This document shows, piece by piece, positions 23,788 through 37,100 of a stretch of 64,000 nucleotides of DNA (positions within the stretch are counted from its first letter, which is position 1; each line of letters starts with the position of its first letter). The stretch lies in assembly GCA_030704615.1 (NCBI GenBank), contig CM060731.1:55366001-55430000 (forward strand). Direction: 5' to 3'. The notes under the pieces are model-generated. The model was not told the origin of the DNA and searched no databases. It saw only the letters and a list, made by a program, of their open reading frames with translations. The translations under genes and the position numbers were made by a program. The stretch comes from Takakia lepidozioides. Taxonomy: Eukaryota > Plantae > Bryophyta.

Positions 23788-26700
23788 ATGGCGCAGGTTG
23801 GCTGGAGGGACAAACTCTGGACTCTGCCTGGACTTGCTGAGGAGGAAATGGGCGTTATACTTGCGGGTCTTATTAGCTTTCAGCGTGAGGGTGGGGACCC
23901 AGAGGATTACTTCCCCCGACTTGGGACAGAAGGTGGGATTGTCGCAGGCCTGAAGCAGGCATTCCTACGAGCTCCTGCTCCTGCTCCTGCTCCTGGTATG
24001 TTTCACTCTTTGCCGCTTTATTGGATAGATGTCTTTTGATCCATTCTTATTCACGGTTGCTTATTATTTGTATGTGGAATTCTGGTTGCCGACACACTCG
24101 TTTTGGAGTAAGGGTTTTCACAAGGATTATATGGCTTGAACTGCTTCTTGGAAATGTCTGGCCGTGAACCTTTGTGGGCACTTTTCGTGCAAGGTCAGAG
24201 GGCAAGCGCTTCTGAATCTCTTGAAGCGCAGTGGTCGGTCAGATTGCGGCAGATGATGGCAGGTTTAAAGTGTTGGGTGGCCTGAAGCCCTAACTCTAAA
24301 CCGTCATTTTGGTAGTTCACTTGTGAGTGATTGCCGTCCTCGCATCCACTTCTATTTTTATTGTGAGGGAGAGGGAGTCTTCCTTTGTGTCTCTGGAGCT
24401 CTCTTGGATTTTTTGCATCCATAACCATAACCGCAACAGTTTTGGACGGGCTCAATGGCATCCCAAGAGTATGTACAGGGTTAGGGTTTCAAATCTTCAT
24501 CTGATTTTTGTTACGTCTCTTGCTTCTTGGTTGAACGGTGTTGTGTCTGCGCTACTTTCTTTGTGGGATTGTTGGTTATGGAAACCATGGTTGATGGTTT
24601 AGGGTGTCAGATAGTGCGTCAAGGAGGGAGTCTGGTGAGTGTAAGTTTGTAGGGTTTGCTACCAATGTGTGAAGAATGAGTTTCTGTTCTCTCTTCAGTA
24701 CTTTGATGCATGTGACCTGCGAATCAGTAGTGTTGTTCAAACCTTTACGATTTCTTGAGTACCATCTTCAGAAGATAGAAAGCTCTAGCCGAAATTGTGC
24801 GCATGTTTTGAGCTGGTAATTGGTCGATGACAGAATGTGGTTGTTGGTGACTTATGTGAGTTAACCAAAACCGCCTTGGCTGCAGAACCTTCTGTGACAG
24901 AGTTCACCCATTAGCTAGGGTGTCAGATAGTGCGTCATGGAGAGAGTCTGGTGAATGTCGATGGGTTGCCTAGGGCAGTCTGAGCCCGTTTGTTTTTATG
25001 TCTGCAATTCTGATGATGGGCAGGCACATTTGAATTCTCGCAAGACAATTGGGCAGTTGATTGTTGAACCTGCTGCAGTTGCTGATTTGTTCAATGATTC
25101 GTTCAATGCGTAGCTTGGAGTCAAGTGTTTGCAATTTTTTTGGTTTCTTGGCTGCGTTGTGCACTCAGGGTTTCAACAGCTTCTCCCAATCCCGTGTGTG
25201 ATCCTGTGTACGGTTGATACATGCAGTTTATTCATTCGATAGATCCATGTTAACAAGTAAAATATGAGGGGGTCCTTTGAAAGACACAGTTGTTTGTTAG
25301 GACAGGGTATTTCAAACTGAATCTAGTATCTTGAGATATTTGCATATTTTTAGCATTACAAGCAGCTTCTTGGTAGCGTTTATGGTTTGTTTTTTTTTCG
25401 TTATGTTTTTTGCTTTGAACCCTCTGAAGCTGCTGGTATGTTATCAATAGTACAGTGATTGCTGTCCTTACACCCTCTTCTATTTTTATTCCAAGTCGTT
25501 TTGTTGGTTGATACTTGTGGTTTATTCTTTTGTAGCACCCCCAGCAGGTAACAGGGTTTGCACTTGAAGGTTTCCAGACCTAAAGGACTATTATTTTCTT
25601 AAGGTGGGTCAGATTGCGGCAGATGAGGGCAGGTGTAAAGTGTTCTGCGTTCTTGTCTTCTTTTCTCTTCGGTGTGTTACGTTTTCCCAGTCTATATACA
25701 TTGTCTATCACTGTTGTGGTTCTTGCCAAGATCCAGGTAGGGTACATGTATTGGTTGTGCAATTGTTGGTCTTATGATGATTGGCTGTAAGGCCAACCAT
25801 AATCTTTTGTCATTACGACCATGGTGGGTTAAGTTTATGTCACTGTACAACTTCTCCCAGTAAAGCCTCTTCTGATCCCTTACAAGCTGATTGACCTCTT
25901 TACGCAGTTGGTAGTATCTAGACCAGAGCATTTTTTCATCTTTGATATTACAGCAGTCCTTATAGAGCGCCTGCCTCTCAGCAATCTTGAGCTTGACCTC
26001 ATGGGTCCACCAATTTACTGCTCTACCACAGATAATTAGTTTCCTTCCATGACTCTATTAGCAGCAGAAGTGGCGAAGCTCTCCCAAGAATCTACAGCAC
26101 CTTCTACCTCCCTCCTTGTATCACCATGGGCAAGAGGAGAGATCTTGAAGTGACTGTGTAAAGTGTGGGAGGGCCTCTTTCAAGGCCAGGACATACTCTG
26201 TGATGGGTGGAGTCTGACATATATGCAGTGGGAGAGAGATTTGGTTTAGGGTTACAGGATGCTGCCATACAACAGCAGTTTCATCAGTAATTCCATGGTA
26301 AGAGTTTGGATGAATGCAGATCTTTTGAAATTTGACAAAATCTGACATATTTGCAGGGGGAGAGAGATCTGCGAAGAGATTGAAAACCTCTGGAAACGGG
26401 TTTTCAGGTAGAGCTACTCTGTTACTTGGCCTTCCCTTCCATGTTCCCCTTCTCTTTGCATTTTCTTTGGTCATAGGCTTTGTTGGTGTATCTTTTGTAT
26501 TGTTCAATTATTTGCAAGATAGGATGCTCTTATTTTTCTTCAGATACATGGATCTGTCAGGAGTGACGGAAAGTGTGTGGGTTTTGCTTACAGAATCAGT
26601 GAAGGTGGTTATGCAAGAATGGAAATTGAAATTTTCTGAGTTTTTGGACACGTTCAAAAAGATGGGGTGCAATTTGTCTATACAGAACGGTGTGCCATTC

Positions 26701-28641
26701 GACCACCGTGGTTATCCAAGCATTTTACTGGATAAATTAACTGCTCGTTGGACTGAAGATGTTGGTGATTTGTGGGAACGAGCGAATGATGGCTCGACTG
26801 GTGTTGTGCCAGTTGTTGGAGTGAGTGGGAGTGGGAAAACTCGGTTTCTTTACGAGCTGCTTGCAGAGAAGTGGGGTTTTTTTTGGACAGCTAAAACCAA
26901 AGGAAACGGTGGGTCAGATGATGTCGCCTCTGTGAGTTCTCACGAGATAGAGGTCGATAAGGCAATGAATCACAGGAATGTGATGAAACGTATGAGGTGT
27001 GCCATTCTTTCAAGGTTGTTAATCTTGGAATTTTGTCACCAAGAAATTCCTGATTTGAGTCCTCTGCAATGGCTCATGCTCCAGGTGCAATTCCGTGCTT
27101 TCCTTGGTGCAGATCGTAACGATCTATATGATGTGCTTACTCGGGAACTTTTTGATGTGGTTACTTCCCTGGAAGATTCAGAGGGGCTAAATGCTAGGAT
27201 AAAAAAACTGTGGACGGATTTAGAGGGGAAGGTTGGCACTTTCACTGTAGTTCTGGATGAAGCGCAGGTGTTGGGAAGGACAAATGTAAATGACTACAAA
27301 TCCCCCGAGACGAAAGAGCTAAGGTCCATTTTTTCTCCGTTGATCAAAGCCCTAGTGCGGCCATCTACATCGTTGCCAAAGCAGAAAGTATTTGTTGCTG
27401 GTACAGGTGTCAGCTTTTTGAAGCTGGAAGCGGACATAGGTTCGCTGATTGCAAAAGAAGGGGGTGGTGGCCTGGTTCAATTTTCTTCTGCTCCATTTTC
27501 TTCATGGACAGATGTGCGTCAGGTTCTGAAATTCTGCAGCGAGTACCTGAAGCTAGAGGATGATCATATGGAGGACAATGCCCAGTATCTGCTGGAAAAG
27601 TTCAGAGGCCGTCGAAGGTGTTTGGTAAGTTGTGTCGAGCGCCTTCTGAGGAAGGCTGGAGGAAGATGGGATATAACCATAGTAGACAACTATTTCAAGG
27701 AGATCACAAGCGACACCAATGACAGCACTTCCATTTATTATGCTGTGAGCGCTCTGTGTGGAGCAAAAGGCACATTTGTCCTGAAAGAAGAATCATTGAA
27801 TGGTGCTTCCTTGGTGCAAAGAATAGGAACCTCCTTTGCCTATGCAGGGAGGGGAGAACATACCGTTTCAACGGACGGAGATATGACTTTGCTCGAGTGT
27901 GGCCTTGGACAGCTACACCATTCAACAGGTTCCCAATTCACTTTCTCTATAGTCGAACCGTCAGTCCATCATAGCATCATGAACTACTTGACGAACAACC
28001 ATTCATTTGAGAAATCACTCAAAGACTACATGGTTAATTGCAAGGATGATCCCAGTGCAATGGGTAGGGCATGGGAGAAACTTCTCACAGTTCATGTGGC
28101 CAAGCTGTTTGACGGCACAAAATTGTTGGCCGATATGTGCTGTTTCAAGGATGCAACCCTGCCTCCAAAAATCGCAAGGGACAAGCCAACAATTACCGGT
28201 GAAGGTGAAGGAGTGTGGAGGGAGTCATATAGGATCCACACCGTAAGTAAATTTCTTGATGCTGAAGAGAAATCTCGTCCGCCATGCCTCATTTTTGACG
28301 ACAGATCTGGAGCTGATGTTCTTTTCGTTGTGAGACTTGGGAATTTGAAGATTCCCGTCTTCTGTCAACTGAAGCTGCGATCTGAGGTGCGGTGGGCTAG
28401 AGCAGTGGCAACTACAGATCCGGAACAGATGTACAAGAATAGTTCCGAGTCCAAAACGAGGGTGCTTGCCGCATGCAAAGATGGTTGCATCAGCTTGGTA
28501 GTTGCCTATCCTGCAAAGAAGCCAGCTAAACTCCAATCTGAATGCCAAGATGATCGTTTAATTGGCTATATTGGACAGGTAGAAGCGGAGGATTTGTTTG
28601 ACCGTGTGTTATGTGATTTCTTACGTTCTATCAAGGAGTGA
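23788..28641 (+). CDS. Crinkler-like protein: helical header + P-loop NTPase + PD-(D/E)xK-like nuclease
   Basis: Header exon 23788-23995 ends APAPAPAP-G|GTATG (phase 1). Possible 12-nt micro-exon 25536-25547. Phase-1 acceptor at 26560. Large open exon with Walker A GVSGSGKT, Walker B VVLDEAQ, RGRRR, and GRAWEK...GADVLFVV...FCQLK. Exon joins are inferred. Confidence 0.75.
24140..25440. repeat. Shared intronic repeat module (copy)
   Basis: Reverse complement of ~19400-20680. Confidence 0.9.
25692..26500 (-). mobile_element. Degenerate LINE ORF2 fragment (EN-RT linker region)
   Basis: WWTHEVKLKIAERQALYK...YYQLRKEVNQLVRDQKRLYWEKL; a second copy lies at ~41270-41686. Confidence 0.55.
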
Positions 28642-29292
28642 CGGGGACAAATTTTGTGATGGCTCATGGAGTATTGAGTAGGTGAGATTCATTGGGATAC
28701 TGGCTCTATTTTTTTGTGTTTGGTGACATTTCTATATATTTCTCTTGTTGTTGTCACACCTTTCCACGCTATAGAAGTATACTACTAAGTTAGACTGCTT
28801 CTGTATTCAACCATGGACCAACTTCAAGAACCTGTGAAAAAGGGACACAAATTAATGACAAGTATGTTTTCATGAACCAATCAATGAGTTCATCAGCTTT
28901 GTGTTACACTGATACGATGGTGTGACAAGTTTGCAGGATATTCCAGAATAATTTTGTTTCCAGGGGAGTCGGCAGGTCAATTGGTTCAACACCAAGGGGT
29001 GGTTGTGTGTTGTAGTGCACTGGGCATCAGGTGCCATTGAGAATTGAGATTAGGTGTGAATATTCTTGAAGTTGTGTTTTGGCTACACTTGGCGGTGAGT
29101 CAAGTGAACCAAATAGCGGTAAGATAGACTTCTACTAGGAGTTGTAGACCAGAGTTTTTCATATCATTGGAAGATGTGCAGGCACTCTGAGTATCAGATT
29201 CCTTGTGTGTGTCCACGTTGGCTTCTCTGCAGTGATTTCCGTGATCACTTTTGATTTTTTGTGATTTACCATTCAGAAATTAAAAACTAACA

Positions 29293-29515
29293 GTCGGTAG
29301 CTCAGTTGGCTAAGTGCACTAAGTGCGACCGAGGCGATTCTGGGGTCGACTCTTGCTACTGACGGGTGTGGCATACTCTTCTGGTCCTGGTCCTGGCGGA
29401 AAGAGGTTATTTTCTCCTCTCACTGTTAAGGGGCCTGATTTGTGAGCTGTCGCTCCCCAGGTGTTCCCCTTTTTTTAAGAAAAAACAATAAAGTAAAATA
29501 AATAAATAAATAAAT
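29293..29515 (+). mobile_element. tRNA-derived SINE-like element
   Basis: A box TAGCTCAGTTGG, B-box-like GGGTCGACTC, 3' body shared with 22741-22932, (TAAA)n tail. Confidence 0.65.
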
Positions 29516-30797
29516 ACAAATACGTGAAGAATACAAATATATGAAGAGGTACAAATACATGAAGAAATCAAAAGTGCATTTTATTTAGGAACAAAGGGAG
29601 TAAAAGATGAAAACTATTATTTAGAATTCACCTTATTTGTGTCACTATGCACTAGTAATGTACAAGTCAAAAAAATTAATGTAAGACATTGATATATAGT
29701 GACCTACAAAGTTGCACAAATAGCTGGGTGATTTTTACATTTTGGTGCGGGGCTGCATGGGGCTGCCCTTCAATTTTCTTAGAGCCCAGCTAAACCGGCA
29801 AATCGCAGATCTCATAATGGGGCACCGCCACCTCGTGCATGTCAGGAAACGGGCCCTCCACTTGCTGACTGGAGAATGTCTGTCTCTGCGTTGCAAGGGA
29901 AACTCCGCTTCAAGGTTTTTAGTCGGTGCTCTTCTTTCCAATTCCATACCACCTTGCAATCTTTGCGTTCCTCTCCTGTTTTTCATTTGTTTTTGTTTTG
30001 ATTCTCCACTGCAATCACACGCCACATTTTCATGTATTTCGTTTCGGTCACCCCAACATTTCCTCTCCAAGCATTTATTGCTCAATTCCCCGTCTCCGAT
30101 TGCATAGGGGTTCTTGCAACCCTAGCTGTCCGTGCATAGGGCCATGGAGGAGGAGGATGCAAATCTTGATCGTGGCTTTCGTTTCGATCGTTGTTCGGGA
30201 AGCGCAAGCGGACCAGTCAAAGGCGGAGAGCGGCTGTGCTCGGCGACTTAGGCAGGAGTCCTCATATGCAGTATCACGCTCTGTCTCTCGTCCGTGAGGT
30301 ATTCCACAATGGAAATCGTTCGAAAATTGAGCATAGTTTCCGATTTTGTGATTGAAGTGAAACCTAATTTTTTTGCTGTTGTCAAAAGTAAGGTGATCGT
30401 ACCAAAATAAGTGATATATTAATCACTGGGCATAGTTACTACTATTAGAATGGTCAAGTTTTTGTATATTTTTGTTAGCAAATTAAAGTGGATTCCAATG
30501 CAGCAAAGAATGCGTGGATTCAAAAATCATAAGGTTTCGAAGTTTTTTGTTAGGTGACTTAGAACCGACGCAAGTTTTTATGTCAAGGTGGTGGACATTT
30601 TCAAAATTAATTTGTACTCATCGTGAAAGATTTTAGGTCTGAATTAAATACCTCTACCTTATTTAACCTTTAAGTTCCCAAGCCCTTTTTTTGACTTTTT
30701 ACCAATTTTTGGTACCCAGCTGCAGTAAATTGCCCCTAGAAACCTACCAAAAATCATCAAGAGATTCCAACCATATAGCAGTGGGCCTAGCTCATTT

Positions 30798-31880
30798 ATG
30801 CATGACATGCCAAAAATGAGCCGAGTCCATGAACACTTAGCTCAGTATTTAAGCACCCTGGAATTTCCCCCAGGATTGGATCGACATGCGCGACGAAGGC
30901 TTCGACTGCGCAACATGAAGTTTGCTCTTGTGGGAGGGCAATTTTATAGAAGGGGATTGGATAGACTCTTGAGCCGATGCGTCACCCCGGAGGAGGTTCC
31001 CCAGATTTTAGAGTCAGCCCATGATAGCATGTGCGGAGGACGCTTTGCAGGGCGGCTCACAGTGCAAAAAGCTTTGAGGGTAGGATACTACTGGCCCTCC
31101 ATGTTCAAAGATGTGCACATGCATGTGCGAAAATGCGACTCTTGTCAAAGGTACGCCAAGCGAAATAACAGGCTCGGAATGCCGTTAGTCCCACTCTCCC
31201 CCTTGCTCCGTTTGAGAAGTGGGGGATCGACTATGTAGGGGAAGTGCACCCTGCATCGAGTCCACAAAATCGCTACATCATTATAGCCACTAAGTATCTG
31301 ACCAAGTGGGCAGAAGCCAAAGCGGTTAAGAGAGCCAACGCAAAGGTAACCGCCTCTTTCATTTATGAATATATCATTTCCCGATTCGGATGCCCAAAAG
31401 AGATAGTGAGTGACAGAGGATCTCACTTCATCAACGACATCATCGAGGAAATGATGGTGGCATTCTCCATCAAGCATCACAATGCGACCCTTTATCATCC
31501 ACAAACAAGTGGGCAGGTGGAGCACGCCAACCAAACCCTGTGCAACATTCTCTCCAAGACAATCAGGGAGCACAAAAGAGATTGGGACACCAAGTTAATT
31601 TCGGCCTTGTGGGCATTTCACACAACCCATAAGGTAACTACTCGACATACCCCCTTTTCATTGGTTTATGGGGTAGAGTTCATCATGCCAATCAAGACAG
31701 AAATCCCATCTCTACGATTGGCCATTACCGAACGATTGGCGACAATCAGAGTCATTAAAGGAACGACTCGAGATGTTGGAAGGACTGGATGAAATCTGGC
31801 AAGCAGCAGTTCAGCACATTGAGGCAGTTGCAACGGCGAAAGAAGGCTCGCTTCGATGCTAAGCGCAAAAAGAGAATCTT
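30798..31880 (+). pseudogene. Ty3/gypsy integrase fragment (Athila/Tat-like), frameshifted
   Basis: HDSMCGG...GYYWPSMFKD...CDSCQR; LTKWAEAKAV; RFGCPKEIVSDRGSHF; YHPQTSGQVE; TPFSLVYG. Confidence 0.85.
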
Positions 31881-32135
31881 CGATCCATGGATTGTTTCCT
31901 TGGAGCCACCGACAATGCTACCCAGCACACCTGGGAGGGTAGGGGCTTTGCACCGTGGCAATTGTGAGATTATACCGTTGGCCCAGACCTCAAATATCAG
32001 GTCCCAAAAAAAAAGTGAGAAAAAAATTGGTTTGACCAAATTAAAACCTAGCTTTATCCAATTTTGCTTGCCCCAAGACCCACCATTTCCAAATCAAAAG
32101 TGGAGTGGCTATGACCCCATCAAATTGCAGGTCCA

Positions 32136-32163
32136 AGGGTTTAGGGTTTAGGGTTTAGGGTTC
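32136..32163 (+). repeat. Interstitial plant telomeric repeat (TTTAGGG)3
   Basis: AGGGTTTAGGGTTTAGGGTTTAGGGTTC. Confidence 0.7.
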
Positions 32164-33337
32164 AAGGTGGTCAACAAAGGCTTGCAAAGGTAACAAAAAG
32201 TAGAAAAAATATTGAAAAAAGACAGTAAATTTTAAGGGGGGCCGGTTCGGACCCAAATACAAATGCAATGGAAACCAAGACAAATGCATACAAAGTGCGC
32301 CTATCGTGCCTAAAGGGATGCTATAAGACTATTATGTCTTATGCAAGGACTCCCGCCCTCACGAGATAAGGTTCTCTAATTGAAGAATGAGGCACTTTCG
32401 CTCCAACCGTAAGTTTTTTTATGCTTGCTCCTCCTTGTTTAGCGACAAAAATCTTGCTCACTATGGGCAAGCATGCGCTCAAGGCACTCACAAACATAGG
32501 GTCAAGTCTCAACCCCTAGTTGGAAAACTTATATGCCCCACCTTCAAAAAGAGGTTCGTACCTCTAAGGAAGAATGGGAGGGATTACCGCATAAGGTCAT
32601 CGACGAGAAGGTTAGGTCGGCAGAGGCTTGCGCATGCCCATAGTCCTCTGATCACTCGAGATGAACTCGAGGGAGGATCAACCAAGTCTCTTCTCTCCGA
32701 CCATCGGGCGTACGACAGGGGGAACCGTGTAGTCGGGGCTAAATTAGATTGCCTGACACGATTACCATATACCCCCAACCGCCTTCCCCATTGTAAGCAG
32801 TGGCTAAGATGGCGTCAAACGGAAGGCTCTATACGCCCGTGCTTCGGAAAGAAAAAAGGCCTCCGAAGTAACCAAGGGTTGGGATTCCCCTTAGAGCCGA
32901 GCACCCCTTCGACCTTCGATCCAAGTTGCCCGGGCGGGCAAGGACTAGACTCTCAACTTCTCTAAGTGTGGGGACACAAAAAGAGTTAAGGTGTTTTATT
33001 CCAAACAAGTTTCGCTTGATTGCTCAAGCTCATCAGTGGAACACCAAGAGATGAAGTCCTAAGAGCCAAGCCTATCCTTATATACTAGAAAAGCACCTTC
33101 ACTATGTGCAAACGATATGGGATAATTCCCAAGGCAATAATAATGCCACTAAAGCACTAATTTAGCCTCCAAGTCAAGACTGCATTAATTAGTCAATGGT
33201 CCAAATTAATTGTTGGAACCCTTTGACTTTAACATCAATACTAGGGCTATCAAAGAGGCAAAATTAATAATGCTAGGGACATTTGCACTACAAAATCATC
33301 CTATCATTCTAGATTTAACTAAGAATGAACTCAGCTT

Positions 33338-33880
33338 TCACGGATTCCTCCAACAAATCATTGCTCGAGGAAGAAACCGAAGCTCCAGGACTTGCTGAAG
33401 CAACTCGTAGAGTCTAGGGTTTAGGGTGGCCCCCAAGTTTAAAGCTCGAGTGTACGAAGAATAGTCGAGCTTAAGAACAAGGGGGGCCCGTTTACCCTCA
33501 ATTACGCGTTGCGTCTGTTGGTCGAGTAGAGCGGATCTGAGGTCGTAGGAGATCTTGGTGAAGCAACTCCGGATGAACGCCGCCGGATAACCTCGGGCTT
33601 GAAGACGTTTGTAAAACAAAAGTCGCAAATGGTTGAACTCTTGGATGGTGCTTTCTTGTATTACGTACCGTTGGAGCTTGCCGATGACGAAATCTTTCTT
33701 TTGGTGATGTGGATGCCACGAGGACCAAGGCAAGTATTGATACTTGTTCTGGGCCTTTTGATGACATCTAATAGAGAGCCGTCGAGTTTGGATGAAGTCG
33801 TCTCCTTTGAAGAATGTGATATCCAAGATGTCGGCGGACGTCGGGCTTATGGCGGTCGTGATTTTGATGCCATCAAACAT
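33338..33880 (-). mobile_element. Penelope-like element RT C-terminal fragment
   Basis: ILDITFFKG...HQKAQNKYQYLPWSSWHPHHQKKDFVIGKLQRY...LQARGYP matches the PLE RT thumb signature. Confidence 0.75.
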
Positions 33881-34107
33881 GGAACCGTAGTTCCGTAACC
33901 AGGACCGGAGGCTTTTTTCGGAGGATGTATCTCAGATGGGAGGCCCTAATGGGAGGGGGCGGCAAACCTTTTTTTGTGTAGCAGACGCAAAAAACACAAA
34001 AGGGATGAGTTGAGGTTCTTGGTACAAAACGGGAATTGGATTCGAGATCACAGAATTGCGCACGGACAAGAGAGGATACCACTTCCTTATTTGCCTTGTT
34101 GTTTGGA

Positions 34108-37100
34108 ATGGAGACCCTACATGTGTATTTGAAGAAAACCTTCAGTGACAAAGAGCAGTTAGACCTAACATTACTATTTCTCAAGTCCGAGGGAGTGCCG
34201 GAGACAGTTCTAGAGGCACCTTTGACTGACACAGTACGAAGAGGTCTGAGCGAGCTTGATCTTCCCGCCCGTTGGACTAATTACCACCGGGCTCTCTACA
34301 AGGGCTTGTGTCGTGTGACAGCAGCTTCCTCTTCCGCAGGTGCAACTTCACCTTACCTTGAACTTGAATTGTAATTTTGTATTATTTCGGGGTTTGCAAG
34401 TGTTTCAAGCTTTGAAAACTTTCACTACTACGTTTAGGGGGGTTAGCGACGCCGGGACCCCGGGTGAGCCGGACGTGCCGACCCCCCTGCGACGCAAGAA
34501 CCACAACAGTGACAGCCTTAAAGGACTCAGATTCAAGATTGGATTGGATTGTAAGGAATCTCTGCATTTCAGTATGGTCTGTGATTGACCCTCATGCTTT
34601 TCTATACCTTCTCTCTTGCTTTTGTTGCTTTTCTTTGTTTTTCTGTCTTGAGTTCGAGTAGTGCAAGCAGTCAATGAACAGAAGGTCAAGTGCTTAGGGT
34701 TTGCAAATAATTTATTTATTCCATAGGATGGAATCTGCTCAGATTCAAGATAGAACAACAATAGAACAATAGTGGAAAGAAAAGGGACAATTCTTCATGA
34801 TTAGTTTGTTTCTTAGCTATGGCTAGTGTTAGGGTAGTGACGTGCGGTTAACGATCTCCCTTTGAAGGTGGGGTTACTTTATTTTCATACTTGCCCTCTA
34901 GACCCCCGATGACAATGCAAATCAATAATTCTATTGTCGTCGCAAGTGTGCACCGCAGCACTATATTTCATTGTTGCATGTTAGCCTCACCTTACCGTGG
35001 GCCCAGGTTATGTAGATTCTTGGCACCTTGACTTCAGAATCTTTGCTTGATTATGACCTGTTGTTCTACGAGCCCACATACTCATGCAGGTATGCTTTAG
35101 GACCGTGTAGGCGAGATTCTTCCGGAGCTGTTAGGGTTTCGTGCTAAAATGTGTTTTGCTAGCTCTTTGAATGTCCAAGTTTTCCAGACTTAAAGGACTA
35201 TTATTTTGTTAAGGTCGGTTAGATTGAGGGCAGGTTTAAAGTGTTATGCGTTCTTGCTTCTTTTCTCTTCGGTGTGTTATGTTTTCCCAGTCTATATACA
35301 TTGGCTGCCACTGTTTTGGTTCTTGCCAAGATCCAGGTAGGGTACCGATCAGTGGTCGGTCAGATTGCGGCAGATGATGGCAGGTTTAAAGTGTTGTGTG
35401 GCCTAAAACCCTAACTCTAAACCGTCATTTTGGTAGTTCACTTGTGAGTGATTGCCGTCCTTGCATCCACTTCTATTTTTATTGTGATGACCTGCGAATC
35501 AGTAGAGTTCAACCCTTAACGATTTCTTGAGTACCATCTTCAGAGGATAGAAAGCTCTAGCCGAAATTGTGCGCATGTTTTGAGCTGTTAATTGGTCGAT
35601 GACAGAATGTGGTTGTTGGTGACTTATGTGAGTTAACCAAAACCGCCTTGGCTACAAAACCTTCTGTGACAGTGTTCACCCATTAGCTAGGGTGTCAGAT
35701 AGTGCGTCATGGAGAGAGTCTGGTGAATGTCGATGGGTTGCCTAGGGCAGTTTGAGCCTGTTTGTTTTTATGTCTGCAATTCTGATGATGGGCAGGCACA
35801 TTTGAATTCTTGATGGGCAGTTGATTATTGAACCCGCTGCAGTTGCTGATTTGTTCGATGATTCGTTCTTCCATTGCCGTCGCAAGTGTGCACCGCAGCA
35901 CTATAGTTCATTACTGCATGTTAGCCACACCTTACTGTGGGCCCAGGTTATGTAGATTCTTGGCACCTTGACTTCAGAATCTTTGCTTGATTATGACCTG
36001 TTGTTCTACGAGCCCACATACTCATGAAGGTATGCAATTGTGATTGTGGGCAGGCACATTTGAATTCTTGCAAGACAATTGCAAATTTTTTGGTTTCTTG
36101 GCTGCGTTGTGCACTCAGGGTTTCAACAGCTTCTCCCTATCCCGTGTGTGATCCTGTGTACGGTTGATACACGCAGTTTATTCATTCGATAGATCCATGT
36201 TAACAAGTAAAATATGAGGAGGGTCCTTTGAAAGACACGGTTGTTTGTTATTTATATGTGGAATTCTGGTTGTGCACTACATGATAGATGCAACTCAACA
36301 ACATGGGATGATGGTTAGAGTGTGAGATCGCGTTGCCTAGGGCAGTCTGAGCTTGTCTTTTTTTATGTCATAAAGTTTGATGATGAGGAGGTTCCTTTGG
36401 TTGTCATTTCAGATGAACCATCACGAATCTTATGTGTCTTATATGTTGATTAATTACTTCATTAATATGATAATTACCACCATTGTGCATTTCCTTGCTT
36501 CTTGTTGCTCTGTTCTGGTCTGCCTTGCTATGCTTCACTGAATTGCTATTTGTGTCCACCAGAATTGATTGAAAATTTTGGAGTATGGTTCAATTCTATG
36601 TTGTGGCCTCAGCCTATCAAGCTCCCACAAAACTCTTGTGAGCTAACAACAGCATTGTTTCCTACGGATCACGGAAAGCTTCCTGTGACCAAAATTACCT
36701 ACTTGAGAGTCCAACGCGAGTTGCCCCCTCAGGCATTGGACTTGATCATGGAGGCAAATGATTCAGCGCTCCCTCTGAGGCTATCAAATTTGTTGATTGC
36801 CGATGTTGAAACTCCAGTATCAGAGCAGGATGTATCCATATTTGTGGGTTATTGTTTAAGACGGTATTCTCTTTGTATGACCGGTATTGCCAGCCTGCTT
36901 TGAATGCCAAGCTTTTGTTCAATACTTCTGAAAAGAAGACAGATACTTCTAACACCGAAACTATTGGAAAACAGCTGAGGCCTGACATGCTTAGAATTGC
37001 CGGTGGATGCACTTTTCTGGTTGGTGAGGACAAGCTGGCCGGCTTAGCTGCTGCTGAAGAGGATATTTTGAGAAAGATGAGGCCACTTAGTGCGACGTTT

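Noticed and set aside
26332-26560. Hydrophobic N-terminus (apparent transmembrane segment) of the 769-aa ORF
   Set aside because: It overlaps the antisense LINE remnant and a T-rich intron end; the real exon likely starts near 26561.
29293-29370. Functional tRNA gene
   Set aside because: No convincing cloverleaf; it continues into a SINE-like body and tail.
32387-32965. 192-aa ORF
   Set aside because: No motifs; lies among decayed retroelement sequence.
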